Made by a program: the position numbers and the translations under genes. Below are positions 27,274 through 38,130 of a DNA stretch of 43,525 bases, piece after piece. Location: the NCBI GenBank assembly GCA_018400815.1, contig JAGYLS010000009.1:1-43525 (forward strand), in the 5' to 3' direction. The notes beneath the pieces are model-generated. The model made no database searches, was not told the DNA's origin, and worked only from the letters and a program-made list of their open reading frames with translations. Source of the stretch: Candidatus Oleincola secundus. GTDB taxonomy: Bacteria > Atribacterota > Phoenicimicrobiia > Phoenicimicrobiales > Stramentimicrobiaceae. Numbering within the stretch: position 1 is the first letter of the stretch; each line of letters starts with the position of its first letter.

Positions 27274-28974
27274 ATGACTCAATACCAATCAATATATAGA
27301 AAATGGAGACCAGGGTTTTTTGAAGATATCGTTGGACAAAAGCACATTACCCGGACCCTAATGAATGCTATTAAGCTTAACCGAATTGCGCATGCATACA
27401 TTTTTTCAGGGCCAAGGGGTGTTGGAAAGACAACCACTGCTAGAATTCTGGCAAAAGCATTGAATTGCCAGGAAGGGCCAACCGATCATCCATGCAATAA
27501 ATGCAATCAATGCATTCGAATTAATAATGGACAGTCCATGGATGTAGTGGAAATTGACGGTGCTTCAAATCGTGGCATTGATGAAATAAGAGAATTGAGA
27601 AGCAAAATTGGCTTTGCTCCGGCTGAAGGAAAATATAAGGTATACATTATTGATGAAGTGCATATGCTTACCAATGAAGCCTTTAACGCCTTGTTAAAGA
27701 CATTGGAAGAACCTCCCAGTCAAGTATTGTTTATATTTGCTACCACTGCACCTCATAAGGTTCCAAATACAATCTTATCACGTTGTCAATGTTTTAATTT
27801 CCGAAGAATATCCATAGATGAAATTGTGGAAAAATTAAAAAAGATAATTGAAGAAGATAAATTAAATATTGATTTACCCTCTCTTCGCTTGATTGCCGAA
27901 AGCGCTACTGGTTCGATGCGAGATGCAGAGAGTATTCTTGACCAGGTTATTAGTTTTAGTGAGAATAAGGTAACCTATGAAGATGTAAAAGAGCTTTTGG
28001 GGATTATCCCACAAAAATTGTTTTTACAGTTAACCAGAGCTATTGCTAATCAGGATACCAAAGAAGGCCTTGAATTAATTGATAAATTGGTCAAAGAAGG
28101 CGTTGATTTGCATCAATTTGTCCAGGATATGATTGTTTATATCCACAAACTATCACTGATTAAAATTTTAGGAAATAATAGTAATTATAGCTCTATGCCG
28201 GAAGAAGAAAACTCAGATCAGTTATTAGAATTAGCTGCGGCAATTGATAAGAAAATTATGATAGATACGATTGAAGAATTGAATAAAATTGAGGATAAAA
28301 TAAAATACCATCATTATCCATGGATTTTATTAGAACTATTGGTTGTAAAAATGACTCAAAATAAAAATGAAAATCAAAAAAAGGAAAGTGCCGACAAGCC
28401 AATAGTTAATAAAAAGGAGACTGCTGAAAAAAAGAGAGAAGAATCTTTTCATAAGGGAAACAAAAAAAAGGAAGCACAATCTTCTAAGAAGGCAAGTAAA
28501 TCTAATAATAATGACCAGGGGAAATGTCAATTTAATGAAATTTGGCCCAAGGTACTTTCCAGAGTAAAAAGTGAAAGAATTTCGCTTCATGCTTTCCTGA
28601 CGGCCAATAGTGAGGTTTATATTGAAGGTAATCAGTTGATGATTGGTTTTCACCATGATTGCCTTTTTCACAAAGAAAGCTTGGAAAAAAGAGAGAATAG
28701 AGAAAAAGTTGAAGCAATTCTTAGCGAAGAGGCTAATTTTAAGATAAAAATAAATTGTTTTATTACTGAAAATAACAACAATACAGGCTTTACTCATTTT
28801 GATTTAGACGAAAATAAAGGTAAAATAGAAAATAAAGATGCCATGAATCATGAGTCTATTAATTCGGGTGCACAAAATGAATCTTCGAAGCAGATTAAAA
28901 AAGATAATTTATCTGATAATGGGATTCTAAAGGAAGCTCGTGATTTATTTGGAGGAAAAATTATTGAAGATTAG
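27274..28974 (+). CDS. dnaX: DNA polymerase III subunit tau/gamma
   Basis: YRKWRP, GPRGVGKTT, Zn motif, IIDEVHML, SRC, GSMRDA. Confidence 0.97.
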   Translation: MTQYQSIYRKWRPGFFEDIVGQKHITRTLMNAIKLNRIAHAYIFSGPRGVGKTTTARILAKALNCQEGPTDHPCNKCNQCIRINNGQSMDVVEIDGASNRGIDEIRELRSKIGFAPAEGKYKVYIIDEVHMLTNEAFNALLKTLEEPPSQVLFIFATTAPHKVPNTILSRCQCFNFRRISIDEIVEKLKKIIEEDKLNIDLPSLRLIAESATGSMRDAESILDQVISFSENKVTYEDVKELLGIIPQKLFLQLTRAIANQDTKEGLELIDKLVKEGVDLHQFVQDMIVYIHKLSLIKILGNNSNYSSMPEEENSDQLLELAAAIDKKIMIDTIEELNKIEDKIKYHHYPWILLELLVVKMTQNKNENQKKESADKPIVNKKETAEKKREESFHKGNKKKEAQSSKKASKSNNNDQGKCQFNEIWPKVLSRVKSERISLHAFLTANSEVYIEGNQLMIGFHHDCLFHKESLEKRENREKVEAILSEEANFKIKINCFITENNNNTGFTHFDLDENKGKIENKDAMNHESINSGAQNESSKQIKKDNLSDNGILKEARDLFGGKIIED

Positions 28975-28994
28975 AAAAAACGAGGTTAGTTAAA

Positions 28995-29303
28995 ATGGAT
29001 ATGAAATTTTTAATGAAGCAAGCTCAGGATATGCAAAAGAAAATGGAGGCAATCAAAGGAGAGCTGGCACAGAAGGAAATCAAGGTTACTTCCGGTGGAG
29101 GGATGGTTGAATTGGTAATTAATGGCCAGCAGGAAATCAAGGAAATACATATTGAACCCGATATTATTGACCCGGAAGACAAAGAAATGCTGGAAGACTT
29201 GGTATTGGCAGCAGTGAATGAAGGAATTAGACAATCCAAGGAAATGGTAAATGAAGAGATGAGCAAATTAACCGGTGGAATCAATTTACCGGGTATGTTT
29301 TAA
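28995..29303 (+). CDS. ybaB: YbaB/EbfC nucleoid-associated protein
   Basis: SGGGMV, EMLEDLVLAAVNE; between dnaX and recR. Confidence 0.95.
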   Translation: MDMKFLMKQAQDMQKKMEAIKGELAQKEIKVTSGGGMVELVINGQQEIKEIHIEPDIIDPEDKEMLEDLVLAAVNEGIRQSKEMVNEEMSKLTGGINLPGMF

Positions 29304-29314
29304 GGGATATTGAT

Positions 29315-29929
29315 ATGGCCTATAGATTTACCAGACCTTTAGCCAGACTTATTGATGAATTATCAAAGCTGCCTGGTATCGGTCCAAAAACTGCACAAAG
29401 GTTAGCATTATATATTTTAAATACCCCTAAAGAAGAAGCCGGCATATTAGCACAATCTATAATTAACGCTAAAGAACAAGTAAAGCGATGTCAAATTTGT
29501 CATAACCTTACCGATCAGAAGATATGTGAGATATGTCAGGACCCGAGCAGAGAGAAAGACACAATATGTATAGTGGAGACGGCCAGAGACCTGATGGCGA
29601 TAGAAAAAACAGGGGGATTCAGGGGACTGTATCATGTCTTGCAGGGAGCAATTTCTCCCTTAGATGGTGTAGAGCCGGACCATCTGACTATTGACCATCT
29701 TATGTCCCGACTGAAAAAAGAAAAAATTAAAGAGGTCATTCTAGCTACTAACCCCAATATTGAAGGAGAGGTAACCGGTTCATATATTGCAAAGTTGATT
29801 AAGCCTTTAGGTATCAAGATTACCAGGATTGCCTATGGAGTACCGATAGGCGGAGACTTGGAATATGCGGATGAGGTAACATTGTCCCAGGCTTTAATGG
29901 GTAGACAGATTTTTAAGAATGAAAATTAG
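29315..29929 (+). CDS. recR: Recombination mediator RecR
   Basis: LPGIGPKTAQRLA, C4 Zn finger, TOPRIM ATNPNIEGE, EYADEVTL. Confidence 0.97.
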   Translation: MAYRFTRPLARLIDELSKLPGIGPKTAQRLALYILNTPKEEAGILAQSIINAKEQVKRCQICHNLTDQKICEICQDPSREKDTICIVETARDLMAIEKTGGFRGLYHVLQGAISPLDGVEPDHLTIDHLMSRLKKEKIKEVILATNPNIEGEVTGSYIAKLIKPLGIKITRIAYGVPIGGDLEYADEVTLSQALMGRQIFKNEN

Positions 29930-29954
29930 TTTAACGAGAATGGAGGATGTTTTT

Positions 29955-30527
29955 ATGAAAAAAATTACTGAAGTACGATGGCATGGTCGAGGTGGACAGG
30001 GAGCTGTAACTGCTTCCAAGTTACTGGCAACTTCGGCTCTTGCTGAAGATAAATATATTCAGGCATTTCCTGAATATGGCCCTGAAAGGATGGGAGCACC
30101 CATTCAATCCTTTACCAGAATAAGTGACACGCCAATAAGGATTCACTGTCATGTGACTAATCCGAACATGGTAGCTGTGCTGGACCCAACTTTGATTGGA
30201 CCGGTAGATATTACCGAGGGATTAACAGATGACGGTATAATTGTTATTAATACCAGTGAAAGCCCTGCACAGATCAGAAATAAGCTTCAGCTAAAGGGCA
30301 GAAAAGTGTTTACCGTTGATGCAAGCAAGATTGCTTTAGAAGAATTAGGAAGGCCAATGCCCAATACGCCAATGATTGGAGCACTCATCAAGGCTACAGA
30401 ATTACTGAAATTAGATAATGTAATTGATGATATTAAGAAAAAATTTGCCGGCAAATTTAGTCAAAAAATTATTGATGGAAATGTTAATGCCATAAAGAGA
30501 GCATATCAGGAGGTGGAAAGCGAATGA
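29955..30527 (+). CDS. porC: Pyruvate/2-oxoacid:ferredoxin oxidoreductase gamma subunit
   Basis: WHGRGGQGAVT, FPEYGPERMGAP. GGAGG RBS precedes ATG 29955. Confidence 0.9.
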   Translation: MKKITEVRWHGRGGQGAVTASKLLATSALAEDKYIQAFPEYGPERMGAPIQSFTRISDTPIRIHCHVTNPNMVAVLDPTLIGPVDITEGLTDDGIIVINTSESPAQIRNKLQLKGRKVFTVDASKIALEELGRPMPNTPMIGALIKATELLKLDNVIDDIKKKFAGKFSQKIIDGNVNAIKRAYQEVESE

Positions 30528-30850
30528 CTACCAATAAACAAAAAGGATGGAAGGAAATACCAAAAGGAGGACTCATATTAGAGGCAGGTAATTCTGAAAA
30601 ATATGAGACGGGTTCATGGCGTTCCCTGAGACCGGTCAGAGATGAAAATAAATGCACTAATTGCTTAATCTGTTGGGTCTACTGTCCGGATTCCTCAATT
30701 ATTGTCAAGGATGGAAAGATTAAAAAAATTGATTATGATCATTGTAAGGGTTGTGGTATTTGCGCTGCTGAATGCCCAGTTAATGCTATTACAATGGTGG
30801 ATGAAAGTGAATTCAGAAATGAGAAAACCGAGAAAGGAGGAAAGAAATGA
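30524..30850 (+). CDS. porD: Pyruvate/2-oxoacid:ferredoxin oxidoreductase delta subunit
   Basis: TGSWR, CTNCLICWVYCPD, CKGCGICAAECP. Confidence 0.92.
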   Translation: MTTNKQKGWKEIPKGGLILEAGNSEKYETGSWRSLRPVRDENKCTNCLICWVYCPDSSIIVKDGKIKKIDYDHCKGCGICAAECPVNAITMVDESEFRNEKTEKGGKK

Positions 30851-32031
30851 GTAAAAATACGGTAGCGATTACTGGGAATGATGCTGCTGCATATGCCATT
30901 AAGCAGATAAACCCTGATGTTATGGCTGCTTATCCAATTACCCCGCAAACAGCATTAGTACAGAAATTTTCGGAATATGTTGCAGATGGATTAGTTAAAA
31001 CTGAATTTGTAACCGTAGAAAGTGAACATAGTGCTATGAGTGCCTGTGTAGGCGCAGCTGCTGCAGGAGGAAGGGTAATGACTGCCACTGCAGCTAACGG
31101 ATTGGCACTAATGTTTGAAATTGTTTATATTGCAGCTTCCAGCAAATTGCCAATTGTTATGCCGGTTGTTAACCGGGCATTATCAGGTCCAATTAATATT
31201 CATTGTGACCACAGTGATTCTATGGCTGCCAGGGATTCGGGATGGCTACAACTTTATTCTGAAAATGCTCAGGAAGCATATGATAATACAATCCAGGCAA
31301 TTCGAATTGCTGAAAATATGAAAGTTAGACTTCCGGTCATGGTAATGTATGATGGATTTATTACCAGTCATGGGATTGAAATGGTAGATTTTTTAGATGA
31401 TGAGGTTGTTCATAATTTTGTCGGCGATTATCAGCCAAATAATCCTCTTTTAGATCCGGAAAAACCATTGACTTACGGTCCCCTTGATCTTTACGATTAT
31501 TACTTTGAACATAAACGCCAGCAAGCTGAAGATATCAAGAATTCAAAACCAATTATATTGGATGTGGCTAAGGAATTTGAGAAGATTTCCGGAAGGCCTT
31601 ATGGTTTGTTTGAAAGTTATCAATTAGAAGATGCAGAAACAGCTATTGTTGTCTTGTCTTCGACTGCAGGTACTACAAAGGAAGTTGTGGATGAAATGAG
31701 AGCAAAAGGGAAAAAGGTTGGATTGTTAAAACCCAGAGTTTTCAGACCATTCCCTTACCAGGAAATTGCAAAGGCTTTGTCTCATCTTAAGGCAGTTGCT
31801 ATTCTTGATAGATCTGATTCATTTGGTGCTTTTGGCGGACCTCTTTTCACTGAAATCAGGTCAGCGATGATGGAGTTTGGTAAGATACCGGAAAATATAG
31901 ATATTATATACGGATTAGGTGGACGGGATATTAATGAGCAGGACATCGAAGGTGTATATAATCAATTGGATGCTATTGCAAAGTCCGGTAAAGTAAAAGA
32001 ACGAATTCAATATCTTGGAGTAAGGGAGTAG
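30847..32031 (+). CDS. porA: Pyruvate/2-oxoacid:ferredoxin oxidoreductase alpha subunit
   Basis: AYPITPQT, ESEHSAMSA, NIHCDHSD, GLGGRD. Confidence 0.93.
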   Translation: MSKNTVAITGNDAAAYAIKQINPDVMAAYPITPQTALVQKFSEYVADGLVKTEFVTVESEHSAMSACVGAAAAGGRVMTATAANGLALMFEIVYIAASSKLPIVMPVVNRALSGPINIHCDHSDSMAARDSGWLQLYSENAQEAYDNTIQAIRIAENMKVRLPVMVMYDGFITSHGIEMVDFLDDEVVHNFVGDYQPNNPLLDPEKPLTYGPLDLYDYYFEHKRQQAEDIKNSKPIILDVAKEFEKISGRPYGLFESYQLEDAETAIVVLSSTAGTTKEVVDEMRAKGKKVGLLKPRVFRPFPYQEIAKALSHLKAVAILDRSDSFGAFGGPLFTEIRSAMMEFGKIPENIDIIYGLGGRDINEQDIEGVYNQLDAIAKSGKVKERIQYLGVRE

Positions 32032-32044
32032 GGGGTGAAACAAG

Positions 32045-32968
32045 ATGGCAAAATTAAAAGAAGTATCTAAAAAACAAGATATCTTAAGTTCGGGACATCG
32101 CTTGTGTGCCGGATGTGGTGCATCTATTGCTGTAAGGCAGATATTATCTGCTTGTGATGATCCTGTGGTAGTAGCCAGTGCCACCGGTTGTTTGGAAGTG
32201 GCGACAACCATTTATCCTTATACCAGTTGGCGCTCATCTTTTATCCACAATGCATTTGAAAATGCAGCAGCTACGATTAGTGGAGTAGAAGCAATGTACC
32301 AGTCCCTTAAAAAACAGGGAAAGATAGATAAAGAGATGAAATTTATTGCTTTTGGCGGTGATGGCGGTACTTACGATATCGGTTTACAGTCATTATCAGG
32401 CGCATTAGAGCGTGGACATGATTTTGTGTATGTTTGTTATGATAATGAAGCATATATGAATACCGGTATTCAACGTTCCAGTGCCACACCTCGCGGTGTT
32501 TGGACAACTACATCACCATGCGGGGAAGTTATTCCGGGTAAAACCCAGTATAGAAAAGATTTAACAGGAATTATCGCAGCTCATAAAATACCTTATGTTG
32601 CGCAGGCATCTATCTGGCGTTGGAGTGACTTGATTGATAAAGCACATAAGGCATTTTACACCAAAGGGCCTGCTTTTTTGAATGTCTTATCTCCCTGTCC
32701 AAGGGGTTGGCGTTTTCCGTCAGAGGAAACTATAAAAATGGCAAAATTATCTGTTCAGACTAATTTTTGGCCATTGTATGAGGTAGAGAACGGTAAATGG
32801 AAATTAAACTATAAACCCAAAGAAAGAAAACCAGTAACCGAATGGATGGAACCACAGGGAAGATATAAGAATGCTTTAAGACCTGAGAATAAGCAACTTG
32901 TTGAAGAGATTCAAAAGGATATTGATGATAATTGGGAGAGATTGCTTATATTATGTGGGGAAAAATAA
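32045..32968 (+). CDS. porB: Pyruvate/2-oxoacid:ferredoxin oxidoreductase beta subunit
   Basis: GHRLCAGCG, GGDGGTYDIG, YDNEAYMNTG, PCPRGW. Confidence 0.93.
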   Translation: MAKLKEVSKKQDILSSGHRLCAGCGASIAVRQILSACDDPVVVASATGCLEVATTIYPYTSWRSSFIHNAFENAAATISGVEAMYQSLKKQGKIDKEMKFIAFGGDGGTYDIGLQSLSGALERGHDFVYVCYDNEAYMNTGIQRSSATPRGVWTTTSPCGEVIPGKTQYRKDLTGIIAAHKIPYVAQASIWRWSDLIDKAHKAFYTKGPAFLNVLSPCPRGWRFPSEETIKMAKLSVQTNFWPLYEVENGKWKLNYKPKERKPVTEWMEPQGRYKNALRPENKQLVEEIQKDIDDNWERLLILCGEK

Positions 32969-33044
32969 AAAAGTAAAACAAATTATATAACGGAGGCTTC
33001 TTAAAAGATTTACTATAAGAGCACCTCCCTTCAGTATATTTGTC

Positions 33045-33086
33045 AAGACTGCTATAGGTAGATTTTTACCAATGGCAGTCTTTTTT
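33045..33086 (+). terminator. Rho-independent terminator of the por operon
   Basis: aagactgc...gcagtctt stem with T-run. Confidence 0.7.
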
Positions 33087-33181
33087 CTATCTTTTTAGGA
33101 TTTTACAGATATAATATAATGATAAAAGAGGATAGGATAAAATTTGTTGAATTATTACTTATTAAAAAGGAGGAATATAAT

Positions 33182-34066
33182 ATGATAGAAAAATCTACTG
33201 ATAAGACAAAAAGAGGTTTAGCTCAAATGCTTAAGGGTGGAGTGATAATGGATGTGGTAAATGCCGAACAGGCAAAAATTGCGGAAGATGCTGGAGCGGT
33301 AGCTGTTATGGCATTAGAAAGGGTTCCCGCTGATATTCGGGCTGCCGGTGGTGTTGCCAGGATGGCAGATCCCAAGAAGATAAAAGAGATTATGAAAGCA
33401 GTTACTATTCCGGTGATGGCAAAAGCAAGAATTGGTCATTTTGTAGAAGCGCAAATACTGGAAGCATTAGAGGTAGACTATATTGACGAAAGTGAAGTTC
33501 TTACCCCGGCAGATGAAAAATACCATATTAATAAAAGTAATTTCAAGGTACCTTTTGTTTGTGGTGCCAGAAACCTTGGTGAAGCCTTAAGGAGAATAGC
33601 AGAGGGTGCAGATATGATAAGAACAAAGGGAGAAGCCGGGACCGGAAACATAATTGAAGCAGTCAAACATATGCGCTGTGTAAATGAAGAGATACGTGCT
33701 TTAAAGGGTCTGGGCAAAGAAGAGTTGATTGTTAAAGCAAAAGAATATGGTGCTCCATTTGAATTAATTCAGGAAACTGCTGCGCTGGGTAGGCTACCAG
33801 TGGTAAATTTTGCTGCAGGTGGTATTGCTACTCCGGCTGATGCAGCTTTGATGATGCAATTGGGTTGTGATGGTGTATTTGTTGGGTCAGGGATATTTAA
33901 GTCAGACAACCCCGAACAGAGGGCAAAATCAATTGTAGAAGCTACAACACACTATAATGACCCCAAGGTGCTTGCCAGTGTATCTGAAGGATTAGGAGAA
34001 GCAATGAAGGGTATTGCGATAGATGAAATACCTGAGTCAGAAAAGATGCAAGTAAGAGGATGGTAA
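33182..34066 (+). CDS. pdxS: PLP synthase lyase subunit
   Basis: [50 protein letters not shown] precedes ATG 33182. Confidence 0.97.
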   Translation: MIEKSTDKTKRGLAQMLKGGVIMDVVNAEQAKIAEDAGAVAVMALERVPADIRAAGGVARMADPKKIKEIMKAVTIPVMAKARIGHFVEAQILEALEVDYIDESEVLTPADEKYHINKSNFKVPFVCGARNLGEALRRIAEGADMIRTKGEAGTGNIIEAVKHMRCVNEEIRALKGLGKEELIVKAKEYGAPFELIQETAALGRLPVVNFAAGGIATPADAALMMQLGCDGVFVGSGIFKSDNPEQRAKSIVEATTHYNDPKVLASVSEGLGEAMKGIAIDEIPESEKMQVRGW

Positions 34067-34132
34067 TATTACAATAATCTGGTCAATAATAGCGAGTTTA
34101 GTAGCAAAGACACTAGTTAAGGAGCAGAAAGA

Positions 34133-34702
34133 ATGAAAGTAGGGGTTTTGGCTTTACAGGGAGCTGTCCAGGAGCATTTAAAGATGATAGAAAAATGCGG
34201 TCATCAACCAATACCAGTGAAAACCATAGCACATCTAAACCAGGTTAAGCGGTTAATTATACCTGGCGGAGAAAGCACAACTATTAGCAAATTACTTGTA
34301 AAATACCACTTAAATGAAAAAATTGCTGAACTCTATAATCGTTACGGTCTTCCGATTTTTGGTACCTGTGCCGGGATGATTCTACTTGCAAAACAGATTG
34401 AAGGACAAAAACAAGACATTTTAGGTTTAATTGATATCACGGTTAGAAGAAATGCCTTTGGCAGACAGATTAACAGTTTTGAAGCAGAATTAGAAATCAA
34501 TGGCATCACACCCCCTTTATTTAGAGGAATATTTATTAGAGCACCTTATATTTCTAAAGCAGGGAAGGAAGTAAGAATATTAGCCAGTTTTAGAGAAAAT
34601 ATCGTATTAGCTCAACAGAAAAATATTTTAGTCTCATCATTCCATCCTGAGTTAGGGGATGATTTAAGAATCCATAGGTTTTTCATAGAAAAAATAAATT
34701 AA
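34133..34702 (+). CDS. pdxT: PLP synthase glutaminase subunit
   Basis: LALQG, PGGEST, GTCAG, RNAFGRQ, FHPEL. Confidence 0.96.
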   Translation: MKVGVLALQGAVQEHLKMIEKCGHQPIPVKTIAHLNQVKRLIIPGGESTTISKLLVKYHLNEKIAELYNRYGLPIFGTCAGMILLAKQIEGQKQDILGLIDITVRRNAFGRQINSFEAELEINGITPPLFRGIFIRAPYISKAGKEVRILASFRENIVLAQQKNILVSSFHPELGDDLRIHRFFIEKIN

Positions 34703-35150
34703 GATTTTCTTCTTTTCAAGTCATTTTTTTATTTGAATAAGATAAGGTTTTGTAATATAATGAAAAAAGTTAGCTATTGTGGATTAAGTTAATAAGTCCC
34801 TTGACAATTCCAGAAGGCAAAAAAACAAAGCTAGTCGTTAATGAATTGGAGTGAATATACATTTGAAGAATGTTTCGGCATTGAAATTCAAATGTATATA
34901 AATAGAATGGTAATCTTAGCATAATATTTAGAATACCTCGGGAAGGAAGTGAAATAGTTCAATAATAAGAGGTAAACTATTTAGAACAAGCTAAATTTGA
35001 TAAGATAAAATGAGAAGAACAGTAGGACAGTAGGATAGTAGAAAAGAGAATTGATTATATATTAACGGCTACGATAAAATAGTATATATAGATGCCTTTG
35101 ATTAGAATCTTAATAAGAAAAAATACAAAAAAGGAAAAGGAGAAAATACA

Positions 35151-36182
35151 ATGAAAAAAATAAGTTTGTTTTTAGTAGTACTTGTATTGTTATGTGCCTT
35201 TAGCGTGAATGGTTTAGCACAGAAAGGAACCATTGCTATTGCTGGATGGGGACAGAACAATCCATTCTTTGTCCTTCTTCATGATTCTGCAAAAGGAGTA
35301 TTTGAAGATGCAGGTTATGAAGTAATTATTTCTGATGGTGAAACAAAAGTTGACAAACAGTCAGCAGATATTGACAATTTTATTGCTATAGGTGTTAAGG
35401 GAATGTTGTTAACTCCTGTTGATAGTTTTGCTTTGGCCTCAGCAGTTACCAGAGTAAGAGATGCAGGCATACCGGTTGTAACTGGCGACATGACTGTATT
35501 TAATGCACCTGTTAGTGCTACCGTAGAATCAGATAATTATTATGCTGGTTATGTTGTTGGTGACTGGATGAATAAGTATTACACACAACTTGAACAAACC
35601 ACTGATCAAGAAAGACCATTTAAAATAATATGTGGTCTTTTCAGCCAGGCAAATTCCTGCAGAGATCGTCAAGAAGGATTTGAAAAGGCTATTTCGGAAG
35701 GACCTGAAGGTTTGATCGAAATCGTTGGCACACAAGAACAAAAAGGCGTAGCAGTTGATGAAGGTTATCAGTTTGCTCAAAATTTACTTACTGCTAATGA
35801 AGATTTAGACGGAATGTTTTTCGGTTGTAATGATAACTTTGCTATGGGTGCCTTAAAAGCCGTTCAAGAAGCTGGAAAAGAAGATGAAGTTATCGTAACA
35901 GGCGTAGACGGCCAGGTTGAAGCAGTAAATGCGATAAATGCAGGTACTGCTTTTAAATGTACCGGTGCACAACATCCACAGGTTATTGGTTATGTTGCTG
36001 CTTTAAGATTGCTTGATTTATTAGAAGGCAAAGAAGTTCCTACTTACACAAAAATTACCTGTACCCCAACCCATTTACCTTTCCAACCTTTCTATATTGA
36101 TGCAGCAGAGATGGTTGAATCAGGTGAGGCAATTTCCAGAACAGTCGATATTGAATTCCCGATAAGCGAACCTGTAAAATAG
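35151..36182 (+). CDS. Sugar ABC transporter substrate-binding protein (RbsB-like)
   Basis: Signal peptide, NPFF, SDNY.AG, DR..GF, ND.FAMGA, GVDG. Confidence 0.9.
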   Translation: MKKISLFLVVLVLLCAFSVNGLAQKGTIAIAGWGQNNPFFVLLHDSAKGVFEDAGYEVIISDGETKVDKQSADIDNFIAIGVKGMLLTPVDSFALASAVTRVRDAGIPVVTGDMTVFNAPVSATVESDNYYAGYVVGDWMNKYYTQLEQTTDQERPFKIICGLFSQANSCRDRQEGFEKAISEGPEGLIEIVGTQEQKGVAVDEGYQFAQNLLTANEDLDGMFFGCNDNFAMGALKAVQEAGKEDEVIVTGVDGQVEAVNAINAGTAFKCTGAQHPQVIGYVAALRLLDLLEGKEVPTYTKITCTPTHLPFQPFYIDAAEMVESGEAISRTVDIEFPISEPVK

Positions 36183-36195
36183 TAGATAAATAAAT

Positions 36196-36239
36196 TCATA
36201 AAGAGTAGAACTGCATAAACGTGGTTCTGCTCTTTATGA
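36196..36239 (+). terminator. Stem-loop after the SBP gene (partial terminator or stabiliser)
   Basis: tcataaagagtagaac...gttctgctctttatga. Confidence 0.65.
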
Positions 36240-36509
36240 GTATTAGCACAATAAATATTATAGTAAATTCAATGTTTTAATATTATATATTTTCTAAGTT
36301 TTGAGATTTAATTAGTGAAGCTTTAGAAAGAGGCCTATCTAAATTTTGAAATATTACTTAAAAAAATCTTTAACATTATAAATTAAGATATTAGCCATAT
36401 AAAGCTACCAATAAGACTGATACCCAAAATTATAGATATTGTTTTTATTTAATTTTATGATAATGAAAATGTTAGATTATTGGTAAACTATACAAACGAG
36501 GTATTTGGA

Positions 36510-38030
36510 ATGGCAAATAACAATCAAGATATCCTTGAATTTAAAAATATAACAAAATATTATCCGGGCACCATTGCCGTAAATGATGTTTCTTTTAGTA
36601 TCCGAAAGGGAGAAATATTTGGATTGATGGGAGAAAATGGTGCTGGTAAATCTACATTATTGAATATACTTTCCGGAGCTGTACCTGAAACCAGCGGTGA
36701 AATTATATTTAATGGAGAAAAATTAACCGGCAATCCTTATGAAAGAAGATTAAAAGGCATTAGCATGGTGTATCAGGGCTTAGGATTGGCTTTAGAATTA
36801 ACAGCAGAAGAGAATATTTTATTGGGAAATGAAACAAGCAGAGGGTTTGGCCTAATTGATCATAAAGCACAGCTTAAAAAAGCCAAATCAGTAATGGATA
36901 AAGTAGGAGTTGATTTTAAACTCAAAGTGCCAGTTTATAATTTGAGCGCTGATGAAAAACAATTAGTAGCTATTGTCAGGGCAATTTCACTTAATGCCAA
37001 GGTTATTGCACTTGACGAACCAACTTCATCTTTATCAAGAAATGAAGCAGAGAAATTGTTTGATATTATTCGTAAATTAAGTGAGGAAGAGAACCTTTCA
37101 TTTATATTTGTATCACATCATCTTGATGAAGTTTTTAAAATTACTAACAGAATTGCGGTTTTGAAAGATGGAAAATTACAACAAGTGGTTAATACTAAGG
37201 ATACTAATCCACAGAAACTAACAGAGACAATGGTTGGCAGCAAAATAGCTGAAAACCAGCAGGCTAAGAAATTTTCTAAAGATAACCCCTTAAATGAAGA
37301 AAAACAAGTAATTCTTGAGGTAAAGAATTTAACTCGCAAAGGTTATTTTAAGAATGTCTCATTTAAAGTTAGAGAGGGAGAAATACTTGGTTTTGCCGGG
37401 CTGTTAGGTTCCGGGAGGACTCATTTGATTAAATCGATCTTTGGAGCGGAAATATATGATAGTGGTGAAATTATTTTTAGGGGTAAAAAGGTAAAATTTT
37501 TTAGTCCCAAACAAGCAATTCAAAATGGTATAGCTTATTTGACTGATGACCGTCTAAATGAAGGAATTTTACAGACAATGACGGTAGGGGAAAATATTGC
37601 TATTGAGAATATGGAAAAAGTATCATCCAAAAATGGTATTATTAACCGCAAAAAAAATTACAATGTTCAAAAAGAATTTATTGAACGTTTCAGCATTAAA
37701 ACAACCGGAGTAAATCAATCTATGCCATCATTAAGTGGAGGCAATCAACAGAAAGCTTTATTTGCAAGGCTGGTAAATACTGATTCTGATTTTCTTCTTT
37801 TAAATGAACCTTCACGGGGAATAGACATAAAGATAAAAGAGGAGATGCATGACTTGATGCGCACTTTTGTTACCTCAAAAGATGGAAGGGCAATTATTAT
37901 GGCTTCCAGCGAATTACCGGAACTTGTTGCTACCAGTTCCAGGGTTGTGGTAATGAAACAGGGCCATATTGCGGATATTTTGACCGGAGATGATATTAAA
38001 GAATCAAAAATTATTGAAAAGATGGCATGA
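36510..38030 (+). CDS. Sugar ABC transporter ATP-binding protein (RbsA-like, two NBDs)
   Basis: GENGAGKST, LDEPT, LSGGNQQK, SSELPEL. GAGG RBS precedes ATG 36510. Confidence 0.92.
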   Translation: MANNNQDILEFKNITKYYPGTIAVNDVSFSIRKGEIFGLMGENGAGKSTLLNILSGAVPETSGEIIFNGEKLTGNPYERRLKGISMVYQGLGLALELTAEENILLGNETSRGFGLIDHKAQLKKAKSVMDKVGVDFKLKVPVYNLSADEKQLVAIVRAISLNAKVIALDEPTSSLSRNEAEKLFDIIRKLSEEENLSFIFVSHHLDEVFKITNRIAVLKDGKLQQVVNTKDTNPQKLTETMVGSKIAENQQAKKFSKDNPLNEEKQVILEVKNLTRKGYFKNVSFKVREGEILGFAGLLGSGRTHLIKSIFGAEIYDSGEIIFRGKKVKFFSPKQAIQNGIAYLTDDRLNEGILQTMTVGENIAIENMEKVSSKNGIINRKKNYNVQKEFIERFSIKTTGVNQSMPSLSGGNQQKALFARLVNTDSDFLLLNEPSRGIDIKIKEEMHDLMRTFVTSKDGRAIIMASSELPELVATSSRVVVMKQGHIADILTGDDIKESKIIEKMA

Positions 38031-38130
38031 TTTATTCTAAATTACAAACAAAGATAAAGAGTAGCAAGTTAACGATATTAGAAGATAATAAAAGGCATTT
38101 GAATATTGAAAGGAGAAACAACATATTGCT

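Noticed and set aside
26903..27292. 129-aa minus-strand ORF
   Set aside because: Antisense to the SRP RNA and the element end; not protein-like.
37795..37830. LLLNEP instead of DEP in the second Walker B of the sugar ABC ATPase
   Set aside because: The second NBD of RbsA-type ATPases is commonly degenerate; not evidence of a pseudogene.
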